Below, one piece after another: positions 1 through 9,463 of a stretch of DNA of 25,801 nucleotides. Each line of letters starts with the position of its first letter. Position 1 is the first letter of the stretch. Below the pieces are notes generated by a model. The model had not been told where the DNA came from, ran no database searches, and worked only from the letters and a program-made list of their open reading frames with translations. Location: positions 1-25,801 of the IMG/VR virus record IMGVR_UViG_3300031953_000091, one strand, 5' to 3'. Source of the DNA: a virus (Duplodnaviria; Caudoviricetes). The translations under genes and the position numbers were made by a program.

Positions 1-613
1 GGGTGAGGTGCGGGACGCCGCCGAGGATCGCGCAGAGCGTCGTGATCGCGTCGATTCGCGAGCCGTAAGCTGTCCCGAGCGGCACAGCCCGGTCAAGTAG
101 TGACTCCTGCACGGGCACGGGGCACAGTCGCCGCAGCTCCTGATACGCAGACGCCCCAGGAACAGGCGACTCGACGTTTTGGAAGTCATCGGCGCGCATC
201 GACTCGAAGCGATCCGCGAGCTTCAGGTTCACTTCCCAGCTGGTGACGATCGACCGCGTGCCGTACACCTCGTGGTGCTCAGCGGAGTCGTACGCGCGCT
301 GGATCGGATACCGGCCGAGGGGAATGTCCCACGACTGCTCACCGATGATAACCGTTCGCCAGATCGCTAGTTCCTGCCCGTAGGTGGCGAGCGGGGCAGT
401 CATGGAGCGGGGCACGAGGGACCCTGACGAGCCCAGCGCGCGGACCGTGCCTTGCGCCTGGATCTCGCCGGACCCGTCGAACTTTATTGACCCGGACGTG
501 TCGAGGCGCACGCCCGCGGCCGTTACCGCGCCGAGGTAGAAGGCGCTGCATCGCACGTCGCCGCGCTGGTTCGTCTTGAGGGCGCGGCGCACCTCCTCGC
601 TGACTTGCAGCAT
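1..613 (-). CDS. Minor tail protein (partial, runs off window start)
   Basis: Not in the ORF track. ATG at 613 abuts the stop of the upstream gene; open to position 1 (MLQVSEEVRRALKTNQRGDVRCSAFY...LATYGQELAIWR...IPLGRYPI...). Second gene after the tape measure. Confidence 0.8.
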   Translation of the reverse strand, partial: MLQVSEEVRRALKTNQRGDVRCSAFYLGAVTAAGVRLDTSGSIKFDGSGEIQAQGTVRALGSSGSLVPRSMTAPLATYGQELAIWRTVIIGEQSWDIPLGRYPIQRAYDSAEHHEVYGTRSIVTSWEVNLKLADRFESMRADDFQNVESPVPGASAYQELRRLCPVPVQESLLDRAVPLGTAYGSRIDAITTLCAILGGVPHLT

Positions 614-1984
614 CTAGGCCTCCCGGGGTGGGTTATCTATGGCGTCGAGCCAGTTCGCATACGCGGCGTTGAAAAGCGCCCACGTGGGGAAAGCGTCGAT
701 GTACGCCTGCCATGTGACGACGGGCACGATGATGTCGAAGTCGGTGCGGGTGACTTCGGCGCCTGAGAGGTCCCACCCGGTGAACAGCGACCCGTACTGC
801 GCTTCCCATACCGAGCGGTTGGGCTGGCCGATCGCAACGTTCAAGAGTCGGGGGATCCGGTGCGGTGGCGCTGAGCGGACTAGGACGATGGTGCGCATCA
901 GAATCCGGTCGAGCATCGCCGCGTCGGTGAGGCTCTCCGTGCTGCATCGCAGCGACACATCCTCGAGCAGGCCCATGGACCCCATCAGGGCGATGGTCGT
1001 GTCCCCGAGGTTGACGAGACGCATCTGCCGTGTGCGCGACAGTTTCGCGCCGAACTCAGCATCGGCATGCACGGGGACCTGTGAGAGCGGGTCCAGCGGG
1101 TCGCTGATCCACACCGTGAGCGGGTCCCCGTCGATGATCGTGTCCGCCGATTCCGTGAACCCCACGCTCACGCCGTCAGTGTCGAACTGCTCCGCCTTGT
1201 ACGTGACCGGGACGCCGATCGGTGGGGCGTAGTCGACGATGGAGAACCCACCGACTGCGAATTCCTTGGTGGCGTTGCGCACTGGGATCGTGCCGTCCTC
1301 CGATATGGCAATGACGGTGACCTCGACGGCGGCCGTGTGCAGTGTGTCGAAGAAGATGTTCACGCGCGGCCCCGGGTCTCGGTCGCCGTGGGGGGTGAGG
1401 ATCGGATAGGTGAAGAGCCGGTCCGATGCCGACGCGTTTGATGCGCCTACCCATTCCGATGACGCCGACGCTCCGTCGAACCACTCGATCACGCCCGGGG
1501 TTTGCGTGGCCGATGCCTTCGACGCCTGCAGGGTGTCGGCCGCACTCCACGCTGATCCGGCGGCGAGATCCACGGACGCCGCGATGCTTACCGTCGCGGC
1601 GTTCGGGGGAACTTCGCCGACGATGGCCCCGGCGAAGGTGATGCGCGTGACCACTCCGGCCGGCACGTACTTGTTTTCCCCGTACGTGGTGCTGATCGGT
1701 GTGCCATCCGCAGTCAGGAACGTCGCCACGAGCTTCATCACCTGATCGCGTGACGCCCGCACGTGGATTCCCAGCGAGACAGTATCGCCAGGGGTGACGG
1801 CCTGCAGGATCTTCGCGACGGCGCCCGGTGTGGACGCCGCCGTGAAGGTGAGCTGCACAAGGCCCGCAGTGTCGAACCCTGTCGTTGCCGCCGAAAAGTC
1901 AGCGGCGCCGTCTGCCTCTGCGCTCCACCCTGTGGAGTTGATGCGCAGGGACGGGTTCGTGATGATGTCGCGAATGCGAGGCAT
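614..1984 (-). CDS. Minor tail protein (distal tail-like, possible N-terminal carbohydrate-binding domain)
   Basis: 456 aa, directly after the tape measure. Beta-rich N-terminus (NPS...GW...WFDG...W.G..NAS.S) and C-terminal TW......F.TW motif typical of actinophage minor tails. Confidence 0.8.
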   Translation of the reverse strand: MPRIRDIITNPSLRINSTGWSAEADGAADFSAATTGFDTAGLVQLTFTAASTPGAVAKILQAVTPGDTVSLGIHVRASRDQVMKLVATFLTADGTPISTTYGENKYVPAGVVTRITFAGAIVGEVPPNAATVSIAASVDLAAGSAWSAADTLQASKASATQTPGVIEWFDGASASSEWVGASNASASDRLFTYPILTPHGDRDPGPRVNIFFDTLHTAAVEVTVIAISEDGTIPVRNATKEFAVGGFSIVDYAPPIGVPVTYKAEQFDTDGVSVGFTESADTIIDGDPLTVWISDPLDPLSQVPVHADAEFGAKLSRTRQMRLVNLGDTTIALMGSMGLLEDVSLRCSTESLTDAAMLDRILMRTIVLVRSAPPHRIPRLLNVAIGQPNRSVWEAQYGSLFTGWDLSGAEVTRTDFDIIVPVVTWQAYIDAFPTWALFNAAYANWLDAIDNPPREA

Positions 1985-4878
1985 TAGATACCTTCCCTGT
2001 AGCCGGCTTTGCGGGTGTCTTCTTCTTCGTCGAGCACTGATGCGACGACGGCGCGCATGACGCCCTTGAGCCCGTTGCCGAGGTCGAGGGTGCCGGTGAG
2101 CTTCATGCCCGTCATGGATCGGCTGGAGGCCGTGGGCGCGCCGCCGGCCGACCCGTTCGCAAACGACTTTGCCCCACCGGATACCAGCTGATACCCGAAC
2201 CGGTCAGCGATGTCAGCGAGGATCGCCGTAGAGCGCACTCGCTTGGACTGGGCCAGGGGGATGTACCCCTCACCTTCCGTCTCCGGTTCAGCCCACACGC
2301 GCATACTGCCTGCCTTCGCGATCTGGGCGACGTGGTTCTCTGACACGCTGCCGTTGGCGTGGTAGCTGACCACGGCGCCGTCTGCCTGCGTGATACCGCC
2401 GGACCCGCCGGGGCCCGTGGACACGTGCATGGACATCGTCGAGCCGATGCCGTTGATGAGGTCCTGAATCTTCTGCAACCGCTCTTGCGCTGCCTGTGTA
2501 TCCGCGTACGCGGTGAAGTCGGCCTTGGTGGGGATGTGCAGGATCTTGTCGCTGAGGTCCTTCGCGGCTTGTCCAGTGATGCCGAGCGCGGCGATGCGGG
2601 CGTCGATCTGCCCTTTGCTGGCCTCGAGCGAAGCCTGGTAGTCCTCGTACGATCCGCCAGAGTCCACGATGGCCTGCCCGGCGCCGCCAGCAGCCGACGC
2701 GATGTCGTCGAGGGCGGACTGAAGGGTTGCTCCCTTCTCGGTCGTGATGTCGAGGTCCGTGCCCGCTTGATTGAGGTGGGCGCCGTTCTCCTTCAGTGCC
2801 GCGTCGAAGTCCCGGTACGACGATTCGAGGTTGCGGGCGGACTCCCGTGCGTCGAGGTTCTTCCCGTTGAGTGCATCGAGCTCGTTGGCGAGGTCGAGGA
2901 CGGAAGTAGTAACCCCGTCGACGGCCTCGGTGACGGCCTCGTAAGCGGGCACAGCGTCATCGGCGGTTCCCGTCGACGACTCCATGGCGTCCTTGTGTTC
3001 CTGCCACGCACGCTTCGCCTCGGTGAGCTTGCCCTGCGTTCCGGTGATCGCCCCCTCGACTTCCTGAAACGACTTGCTGATAATGGCGCTGGAATTGCCG
3101 GACGACTCGACTTCGGCCTTATGCTCGGCGAGTTTCTCGTTGACGATCTTGAGAGCGTCGCCTTCGCCTAGGATTGCGTCCGTCATCGTGCCCAGGTCGA
3201 TCCCGCTGAGCTTCGCAGCCTTCGCGACGCCCGACGACTCCAGCTCGTTGATGATGGCCTCGCGAGTGTTCTTCGTGAACGCGCCGGTGTTCTCGTCCAG
3301 GGATGCGGTGTACGAATCCATGGTCGCTTTGCTGTCGGCCTGCTTCTTCGCGAATGCGCCGAGCACGACGGCCGCAGCGGTGAGCACGATGCCGACAGCG
3401 CCGCCGGCGGCAGCGGTGCCCCGCATGGTGGTGTTCAGTGTGGTCAGTGCCGCACGGAATGCGACGATCTTCGGGACGGCCAGCAGGAACGTGCCGCCGA
3501 GGAGCAGAGCGGCGCCGGTAGCGATGCCGATGGTCTGTACTGTGCCCTGCACGCCCTCGTCGAGGGACCCGTACCAATCCGTGACGCCGATGAGGATCTG
3601 CACCATTTCGCGCAGAGTCCCATTGGCCTGGCCGCCGGTCTTGATGAGGATCGAGTCCATGGACCCGCCGAGCAGTTCGAGGTCTCCGAGGAGGTTGTTC
3701 GTCTTATCCGCGGCCTGCTTCGCGGCGAATCCCTGGTCGTCGACGTTGTCGGTCCACTCTTTGACGCCTTCCGCGCCTGACTTGTAGAGGATGCCGGCAG
3801 CGCTTGCCGCTTCCGCGCCGAAGATCGCGCCGAGGGCGGCGGATCGGGTTTCTTCGTCGAGGTCTCCGAGGCCGTTCTGCAGCTGCTCAGCCGCGCCCTG
3901 CATGCCGATAAAGTTGCCCTGCGCGTCGAACACCTCGATGCCGTACTTCTTCATCTCCTCGGCGCCCTTGGCGACCGGGGCGGTGAGGGAAGAGATCACG
4001 CTGCGCAGGCCGGTACCGGCCTTCTCGCCGAGCAGACCGTTCGCAGCCAGCAGTGCCAGCGTGCCCACGGTTTCCTCGAGCGGGATGTTGAGGCGGGCGA
4101 ACGTGACACCGACGTACCCGAGGCCGAGAGAGAGGTCTTCGACCGAGCCTTGAGCCTTGCCAGCGCCGGCGGCGAGCAGGTCGGCGACGTGCCCGGCCTG
4201 GTCACCCTTGAGCCCGAAGACAGACAGAGTCGTGGCAGCAATTTCAGCGGCCCGCGCGACTTCGAGTTCACCCGCGGCTGCGAGTGCCAGGGATCCTTTC
4301 AGCCCGCCGCCGAGGATGTCGCTGACAGCGACGCCGGCCTTCGCAAGCTCGGTCTGTGCGTCTGCGGCTTCTTTCGCCGAGTAGATCGACGCGGCGCCCT
4401 GCTCGATCGCGGACTCTTTGAGGAGCTTCTGCTGCTCGATGTTCGCTTGCGTCGCGGCCACCGTCTTCGAGCTGGCCTCGTCGAACTTCGCGTACGTGCC
4501 CACGGTGAGCGCGGCCATCGTGAGAAGGGCCGCGCCGATGCCGACCGCAGCGACGCCGACAGTCTTGGCGGCATCCTCCGATTTCTTCTTGAGCTCTGCG
4601 ACCTCGGCGGCGGTCTGCTTCACCTTGGGGGTGGCGGTGGCTGCCTCGTCGCCGAGCTTCTTCGTCGCCGTGCCCGCGCCCTCGACGGGTGCCTTGGCAT
4701 CCTTGCTGGCCTTGCCGGTCTTGTCGACCTCGGTGCCGAGCGGTGCGACCTTCTTCGACGACGTTTCGGCGGACTTGCCGAGGTCGTCGATGGCCTTATC
4801 GGCGGCTTTCGCGTCCCGTTGGAATACCTCCGCTCCCATCATTTGGAGGGCGAAGCTGATTGCGCCTGCGTTGAACAC
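1984..4878 (-). CDS. Tape measure protein (TP901-type core)
   Basis: 964 aa, Ala-rich and helical; YSAKEAADAQTELAKAG, ADLLAAGA, G.KAGTGLRS, AIFGAEA motifs; C-terminal WAEPETEGEGYIPL; GTG start with AGAGGTG RBS. Confidence 0.95.
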   Translation of the reverse strand: MFNAGAISFALQMMGAEVFQRDAKAADKAIDDLGKSAETSSKKVAPLGTEVDKTGKASKDAKAPVEGAGTATKKLGDEAATATPKVKQTAAEVAELKKKSEDAAKTVGVAAVGIGAALLTMAALTVGTYAKFDEASSKTVAATQANIEQQKLLKESAIEQGAASIYSAKEAADAQTELAKAGVAVSDILGGGLKGSLALAAAGELEVARAAEIAATTLSVFGLKGDQAGHVADLLAAGAGKAQGSVEDLSLGLGYVGVTFARLNIPLEETVGTLALLAANGLLGEKAGTGLRSVISSLTAPVAKGAEEMKKYGIEVFDAQGNFIGMQGAAEQLQNGLGDLDEETRSAALGAIFGAEAASAAGILYKSGAEGVKEWTDNVDDQGFAAKQAADKTNNLLGDLELLGGSMDSILIKTGGQANGTLREMVQILIGVTDWYGSLDEGVQGTVQTIGIATGAALLLGGTFLLAVPKIVAFRAALTTLNTTMRGTAAAGGAVGIVLTAAAVVLGAFAKKQADSKATMDSYTASLDENTGAFTKNTREAIINELESSGVAKAAKLSGIDLGTMTDAILGEGDALKIVNEKLAEHKAEVESSGNSSAIISKSFQEVEGAITGTQGKLTEAKRAWQEHKDAMESSTGTADDAVPAYEAVTEAVDGVTTSVLDLANELDALNGKNLDARESARNLESSYRDFDAALKENGAHLNQAGTDLDITTEKGATLQSALDDIASAAGGAGQAIVDSGGSYEDYQASLEASKGQIDARIAALGITGQAAKDLSDKILHIPTKADFTAYADTQAAQERLQKIQDLINGIGSTMSMHVSTGPGGSGGITQADGAVVSYHANGSVSENHVAQIAKAGSMRVWAEPETEGEGYIPLAQSKRVRSTAILADIADRFGYQLVSGGAKSFANGSAGGAPTASSRSMTGMKLTGTLDLGNGLKGVMRAVVASVLDEEEDTRKAGYREGI

Positions 4879-5598
4879 CGGCCATCACCTCTTTCTGTAG
4901 CCAGGACGGCTCGGGGTCGTCGATGAGGCGGTGAATGGCGGACCGCACGAAATGCCATGTGCGGGTGTCGAGCGCCCGGTCAAGGTCCGGGATGAGGCCG
5001 TGCTGGGCGAGGTCCAGCTCGACCTCGCCGAAGAGCTGCGGGAGCGCGAGGCCGTACAGCTCTACTGCGGTGATGCTCCGGGCGTCGTGGTCGACTGCTT
5101 CGGTTTGCGCGACCGCTTGTTGGCCGGCAGCCGCTCGGAGGCTGTAGTACTCGCTTCGGTACGCTGGGTACGTGCCTGTGACCGGATCAGGCTTTCCAAT
5201 GCCGTACTTGGCGCGGTCTGCGTTAGTGAGATCCCCAAACTCATGGTCAGGAGCAGGAGCGCTTTTTTTGCGCCAGCCATGCCTTCACCGCCGCTCAGGT
5301 AGGCGTCGACACCGTCGAGGCCGAGGACGGTCTGCCAGTAGAACGCGGGCAGCAGAACGCTCTGACCCTCGCTGAGGCTGAGTTCGTCCTGCACCCGCTC
5401 GTACACGGCGGCGCCGACGGCCTCTTCGAGCACAGCCTCCATCTCGGAGCCGGGCCGTTGACTGGCGACGATCTCGATGAAGAGGTTCGTGAGTGCCTGG
5501 CCGCGTCGGCCGCCGAGCGGGGGAATGATGAAGGGCTCTTCGATGCCGTCGATGTGGATGGCGAGGTTGCGGCCTTGGAGTGTGGCGGTGGTGGTCAT
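4796..5598 (-). CDS. Tail assembly chaperone, -1 frameshift fusion product (gpGT-like, ~267 aa)
   Basis: The -1 frame after the heptamer is open for 155 codons to TAA at 4798-4796: SAPAPDHEFGDLTNADRAKYGIG...EVELDLAQHGLIPDLDRALDTRTWHFVRSAIHRLIDDPEPSWLQKEV. It has no own start, so it is absent from the ORF track. Confidence 0.8.
5062..5598 (-). CDS. Tail assembly chaperone (zero-frame product, gpG-like)
   Basis: 178 aa between major tail/HNH and tape measure; ATGA overlap with upstream HNH; contains A AAA AAA heptamer. Confidence 0.85.
   Translation of the reverse strand: MTTTATLQGRNLAIHIDGIEEPFIIPPLGGRRGQALTNLFIEIVASQRPGSEMEAVLEEAVGAAVYERVQDELSLSEGQSVLLPAFYWQTVLGLDGVDAYLSGGEGMAGAKKALLLLTMSLGISLTQTAPSTALESLIRSQARTQRTEASTTASERLPANKRSRKPKQSTTTPGASPQ
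5263..5269 (-). promoter_or_regulatory. Programmed -1 ribosomal frameshift slippery site (A AAA AAA)
   Basis: GCA AAA AAA GCG in frame at codons 110-113 of the chaperone gene; X XXY YYZ pattern at the canonical locus. Confidence 0.8.
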
Positions 5599-6131
5599 GA
5601 TTCTCCCTGTATAGAGTCAGCTGATTGTTGGCGAACGGAACGTCTCTTGGCTGCATGCTTCGCGTTGCGCGATCGTGCGCACTCGCGGCAAGCTCGGTAA
5701 GCGCGAATGTCTCCGTCGACAGCTACGCGCGTGCATGTTTTCGTATTTTCTGGGGTGAACTCGTGACCATGAACGCAGTGGGTTTGAGTCGCATGGTGGT
5801 TGTTCCCATGTCGCACGGTGTCGCGATTGTTTCCGACGTACGAGCCATATCGGAGGTTGCTCGCGCGGTTGTCAGTCTTGATGCCGTTGTTGTGGCAGAC
5901 GATCAACCGATCAGGTCGCGGCCCGATGAAAGCCGCTGCGACAAGATGATGAATCTTGTACGCTTTGGCGCTGCCGTTCAGGCGTAGGCCAACCGTTAGG
6001 TACCCCGATCCTGCATAGCCGAGCTTGCGGAGCCTCCCAGTGGCAACTGACCGGACTCTGCCCAGATCGGATATTTGATGCTGTGTCTCGTGCCCAGGTG
6101 TGGGCCGCCAAGTCTCTTTGGTGTTTTTCAT
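5595..6131 (-). CDS. NUMOD4-HNH homing endonuclease with C-terminal Zn-finger
   Basis: Real gene is the last 178 aa of ORF 5595..7025: ETWRPTPG...ISDLGRVRS (NUMOD4), IHHLVAAAFIG...VCHNNGIKTDNRASNL (HNH_3-like), HCVHGHEFTPEN...CREC. Confidence 0.92.
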   Translation of the reverse strand: MKNTKETWRPTPGHETQHQISDLGRVRSVATGRLRKLGYAGSGYLTVGLRLNGSAKAYKIHHLVAAAFIGPRPDRLIVCHNNGIKTDNRASNLRYGSYVGNNRDTVRHGNNHHATQTHCVHGHEFTPENTKTCTRVAVDGDIRAYRACRECARSRNAKHAAKRRSVRQQSADSIQGES

Positions 6132-6184
6132 TTCGTCCGTCAGCTCTTTCGCGAGGTCGTTTTGTTGGTGCGGATGGTGTGGGG

Positions 6185-6212
6185 GCCGGGCGGCCAGTGA
6201 TGACCGCCCGGC
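6185..6212 (-). terminator. GC-rich stem-loop after the major tail gene (no U-tract)
   Basis: GCCGGGCGGTCA-TCAC-TGGCCGCCCGGC, 7 nt after the stop codon. Confidence 0.6.
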
Positions 6213-6219
6213 AGGGGTG

Positions 6220-6966
6220 CTACGCCCGGGTGTAGGGCAGTGCGTCGCTGACGCCGATGGCGTTGGTGAGGACGATCGGTGCGGACCCGGCGGTGCCGGT
6301 GGGCACTTCGAGCACGACGATGTTCGGCTCGCCCGGGATCTGCTCGATCGACGTGACTGCCGTGCCGCCGATGGTCGCCGCGGTGATTGCGTCGACCTTG
6401 TAACCGCGCACGTACACGTTCTCCGACGCCGCAGCGCCCGTCGGAAGTGCCGACTCGAGGACGGGAACGCCGGTGCCAGCGATCGGAGAGGCGACGTCGC
6501 GCACGACACCGTTCGACGTGAGCGTGAAGGTGTACCCGCCCTTGTCTGCGTAGCCGGTGGTGAGGTCGGCGACGGTGACGGTGAAGTTGCCTTCGATCGC
6601 ACCGAGCGCGGGGTCCTTCGCGTCGAACACCTGCACGTCGACGGCGTTCGCGGCGCCGGTGGCCTTGGCGATTCCGAGCAGGGCGACGAGCCACGTCTGC
6701 GCGATGGCGCCCGTGTTGTCGCGAACCGCTTCTGCGGCGAAGCTGACCACGTAGTTGTCGCCGAGCTTGGACTCCGAGGTGCGGCCCTTGTTGCCGTAGT
6801 TCTCGCGGGTGACGACGATCTTGGTGGGGACTGCGGCGAGCGCGTTGACGTCGCCGGTGATGTTCTCCCAGGCACCGGTCCGCTTGATGCGGATGATTTT
6901 CTCGTGTGCGAGGGCGAGGGTGCCCTCGGTCTGCTGCGTGCTTTCGTACAAGCTGAGATCGGCCAC
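6220..6966 (-). CDS. Major tail protein with C-terminal Ig-like (IPT/TIG-type) domain
   Basis: 248 aa; synteny upstream of the chaperone; tail tube-like N-terminus; C-terminal VYVRGY...ATIGGTAVTS...LEVPTGTAGSAPIVLTNAIG.S; GGAG RBS before GTG. Confidence 0.88.
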   Translation of the reverse strand: MADLSLYESTQQTEGTLALAHEKIIRIKRTGAWENITGDVNALAAVPTKIVVTRENYGNKGRTSESKLGDNYVVSFAAEAVRDNTGAIAQTWLVALLGIAKATGAANAVDVQVFDAKDPALGAIEGNFTVTVADLTTGYADKGGYTFTLTSNGVVRDVASPIAGTGVPVLESALPTGAAASENVYVRGYKVDAITAATIGGTAVTSIEQIPGEPNIVVLEVPTGTAGSAPIVLTNAIGVSDALPYTRA

Positions 6967-7066
6967 GTGGGTCTCCTAAACGTGTTGGCTGAGGCCCGTG
7001 TGGGCCGTGGGTCTGGCGGGGTCACCAGTAGGCGTCACCGGTTGGTGACGCTGGATTGTGGGGGTA

Positions 7067-7498
7067 TTACGCGAGCGGCCGGCGCCCAGTGAAGTGGAAC
7101 GTCTGGATCGTCGCGCAGCGCCCGGATGAGTCAGCGGATAGCGCCAGCGATGAGAACAACTCGCACCACGACACGAACAGGCCCGGCGGGACGTTCTGCT
7201 TCTGGTCCATCGCTGCCTCGATCAGCGCGGCGAAGTTCTCCGCGGCGATCACCGAGCCCTTGATGCGGGACGTGACCTGCAGGCGATACAGCATGCCCGC
7301 GCGGCCCGTGGCGATCGGGGACAGCCACGAGAGCACGATGCAGTTGTCCAGCGTCGTCGGCAGCGCGGGCCCGTTGGTGTAGATGCCGCGATCCGTGGAT
7401 GCGTACGCCCCGGCCGAGTACACGCCGGCGCCCTGGTCGGCGAGGTGCTGGGCGACGGCCCGGCGGAAGAGGATCGGGTAAGCGTCAGGATCCGCCAC
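7067..7498 (-). CDS. Tail terminator / minor structural protein
   Basis: 143 aa from GTG 7498 (GAGG RBS): AVAQHLADQGAGVY...LQVTSR...ALSADSSGR; position just before the major tail. Confidence 0.75.
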   Translation of the reverse strand: MADPDAYPILFRRAVAQHLADQGAGVYSAGAYASTDRGIYTNGPALPTTLDNCIVLSWLSPIATGRAGMLYRLQVTSRIKGSVIAAENFAALIEAAMDQKQNVPPGLFVSWCELFSSLALSADSSGRCATIQTFHFTGRRPLA

Positions 7499-7892
7499 GG
7501 TTGACCTCTGTCTCTGCGATCTTGCGCAACTCGTCGGCGTTCTGCAGCGCGGGGTCTGACAGGTAGTGCGACTTGCGGCCGTTCTGGAAGTTGGAATTAC
7601 CCTTGTAATGGCGGCCGAGGTTGTCGACGAGTTCGCCGTCCTCATGCCATCGGGCAGAGTAGGGCGCAGAGTAAGTGACGAGGCTCTCGTCGCCGAGGGC
7701 TTTGGCCGGAACCGTATCGCCGGAGGCCACGAGGGTCCCACCGCCGCCGGAGTCCAGCGGAGCTTCCACGGACGACAGTGCGAGCAGTCGTTCAGTAGCG
7801 AGGTTCTGCCCCTTCACTGCGCCGAGCAGGATGCTCGCGACCGTGCCGTCGAGGTTGTTGGTGACGGTGACAGCGGCTCGAATGGCAGCCAT
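7485..7892 (-). CDS. Neck / minor capsid protein (HK97 gp10-like)
   Basis: 135 aa; AP.DSG..TLVASG, YSAPYSARWHE, KSHYLSDP motifs; GGAGG RBS. Confidence 0.78.
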   Translation of the reverse strand: MAAIRAAVTVTNNLDGTVASILLGAVKGQNLATERLLALSSVEAPLDSGGGGTLVASGDTVPAKALGDESLVTYSAPYSARWHEDGELVDNLGRHYKGNSNFQNGRKSHYLSDPALQNADELRKIAETEVNRGGS

Positions 7893-7907
7893 GGTGACCT
7901 CCGCTTG

Positions 7908-8636
7908 TTAGGTGATGATCGTCGCGCCCTTGCTCAGGTTGCAGAACGCGTGGGACGGTTTGATGTTTTCCATGCTGTGTGCGCCGCCCTTGGACAGCGG
8001 GTGCACGTGGTCGAAGTGGAGGTCGCTCATCGTCAGGATGTCGACCGAGCAGATGTGGCAGGTCATGCCGTCGCGGATGAGGATCGCCGAGTAGTCGACG
8101 TCGCCGATCGTCGCGGACATCTTGCGTGCCTGGTAGCGACGGGTCTGCTCGCGTGCCTTCTCAGGGTTGGCCGCATACCAGCGGCGCTGACGGTCCGCTG
8201 CGGCCTCCTTCTGGCCCGGCGCATTCCGGTACAGCAGGCCGTGCCGCGCGGTCTTCACTGGGTCATAGGCGGCACGGCAGTGACCCTTGAAGCACTCGCG
8301 GCAGTGCGAGTAGAGCCCGTCGATCCGCCGTGGGTCCGTGAAGAACTCTGTCTTCGGCATGTGCACGAGACAGGCCGTGCATGTCTTGTGGGTGCTGGCA
8401 AGGCGGCGGGCCGCGGCGGCTGCCCGCGCCTGACGTTCTGCGCCGTACTTTGATTCGCCCCATGCTGCGTGCCGCTCGCGCTGGTAGTCGGGCCGGGCAT
8501 CGAGGTACGCCTTGTTCGTGGCGTTCTCTCGCGCCTTGTTCCGCGAGTAGTAGTCCCTGCGATAGTGCGGCTTGCACATGCCGCGAGCGTTGGTCGGGCT
8601 TTCACAGCCATCGACTGAACAGGTAGAATCTGTCAT
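7908..8636 (-). CDS. HNH endonuclease with N-terminal Zn-finger repeats
   Basis: CSVDGC...RGMCKPHY; KTCTAC...EF...DGLYSHCREC; RDGMTCHIC...HFDHVHPLSKGGAHSMENIKPSHAFCNLSKG. Start at 8636 (AAGGG RBS) or 8660. Confidence 0.93.
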   Translation of the reverse strand: MTDSTCSVDGCESPTNARGMCKPHYRRDYYSRNKARENATNKAYLDARPDYQRERHAAWGESKYGAERQARAAAAARRLASTHKTCTACLVHMPKTEFFTDPRRIDGLYSHCRECFKGHCRAAYDPVKTARHGLLYRNAPGQKEAAADRQRRWYAANPEKAREQTRRYQARKMSATIGDVDYSAILIRDGMTCHICSVDILTMSDLHFDHVHPLSKGGAHSMENIKPSHAFCNLSKGATIIT

Positions 8637-8708
8637 ATCAACCCTTATCCGGTTGGTCATGCCCCGGGAGCCTGCCAGCTCGCCGGGGTCTTTCGTGTCT
8701 CCATCTTA
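8637..8708 (-). promoter_or_regulatory. Putative promoter and double-hairpin leader of the HNH gene
   Basis: TAAGAT (8708-8703), hairpin 8662-8688, then CAACC-GGATAAG-GGTTG covering the RBS. Confidence 0.5.
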
Positions 8709-8713
8709 CCGGG

Positions 8714-9052
8714 TCAAATGTAGAGTTCCACGTGGTTCGGGGTGCCCTTGTAGTCGAACAGTGCGGAGTTGAGCACTTCCGCTTCGTGCTCGCGGGGAGT
8801 GCCAGCCCACACGGTGACGCGGGAGCGCGGCAGGGTGTCGTCGGCGACGAGCAGGACGACGAACGCGGTCGACGTGATCTCTTGCCCGGCGGTCGGTGAC
8901 GTAGAGCGGCGGTCGACGACGAGGCGGGACTTCTGCTCGACGTACGCGGGCGCCGTCACGGGGTCGGCCCAGGTCGTGCCCTCGGACCCTTCGCCGGTGA
9001 GCCGCACGATGCTGACCGTGTGCGGCAGGTGGCCCTTGCGCAGGCGAGCCAT
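8714..9052 (-). CDS. Head-to-tail stopper
   Basis: 112 aa; LPHTVSI...G..W.DP...RLVVD...GQEITS; synteny. Confidence 0.8.
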   Translation of the reverse strand: MARLRKGHLPHTVSIVRLTGEGSEGTTWADPVTAPAYVEQKSRLVVDRRSTSPTAGQEITSTAFVVLLVADDTLPRSRVTVWAGTPREHEAEVLNSALFDYKGTPNHVELYI

Positions 9053-9462
9053 TACCGGTGCCAGACCGTCGAGCCGCGCAAGCCAACGTTGGCGAGGATC
9101 GCGATGGCACGAGCGCCGATGCGGGCCGCTATGGCCTCGTCAGCGCTTTGGGCCGATGAGGTGGTCCCCAAAGACACGGAACCGATCTTCACCGCGCCCT
9201 GCCCTGCCTCAGCCCCGGTCGGGTCGCCTGTGATCTCCCAGTGCTCGACGATCGCGCACGTAGCTTCGGTGAACGCTTCCGCCTCGTCGATGTCGGTGGG
9301 GTATCCATCGGCGTCGGTAGCGAAGATCGAGCGAGTGGTGAGCGATTCGACCTCGAGGGATGCAGCGCGCAGCCGCTTGAGCAGCTTCGCGTTGTCTCCG
9401 TCGAAGGCTTCCTCGGCGTGAGCGGTGTAATCCGTGGGGGTGGCGTAGACGCGCAGGGCCAT
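9052..9462 (-). CDS. Head-to-tail adaptor
   Basis: Start MALRVYATPTDY; LRAASLEVESLT, EATCAIVEHW, VKIGSVSL, AIAILANVGL motifs. Confidence 0.82.
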   Translation of the reverse strand: MALRVYATPTDYTAHAEEAFDGDNAKLLKRLRAASLEVESLTTRSIFATDADGYPTDIDEAEAFTEATCAIVEHWEITGDPTGAEAGQGAVKIGSVSLGTTSSAQSADEAIAARIGARAIAILANVGLRGSTVWHR

Positions 9463-9463
9463 G

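Noticed and set aside
6132-7025. 476-aa ORF suggesting a major tail-HNH fusion or frameshift
   Set aside because: The upstream part is S/P/R-rich off-frame sequence overlapping the major tail gene; no slippery site seen near the tail stop; the HNH has its own ATG at 6131.
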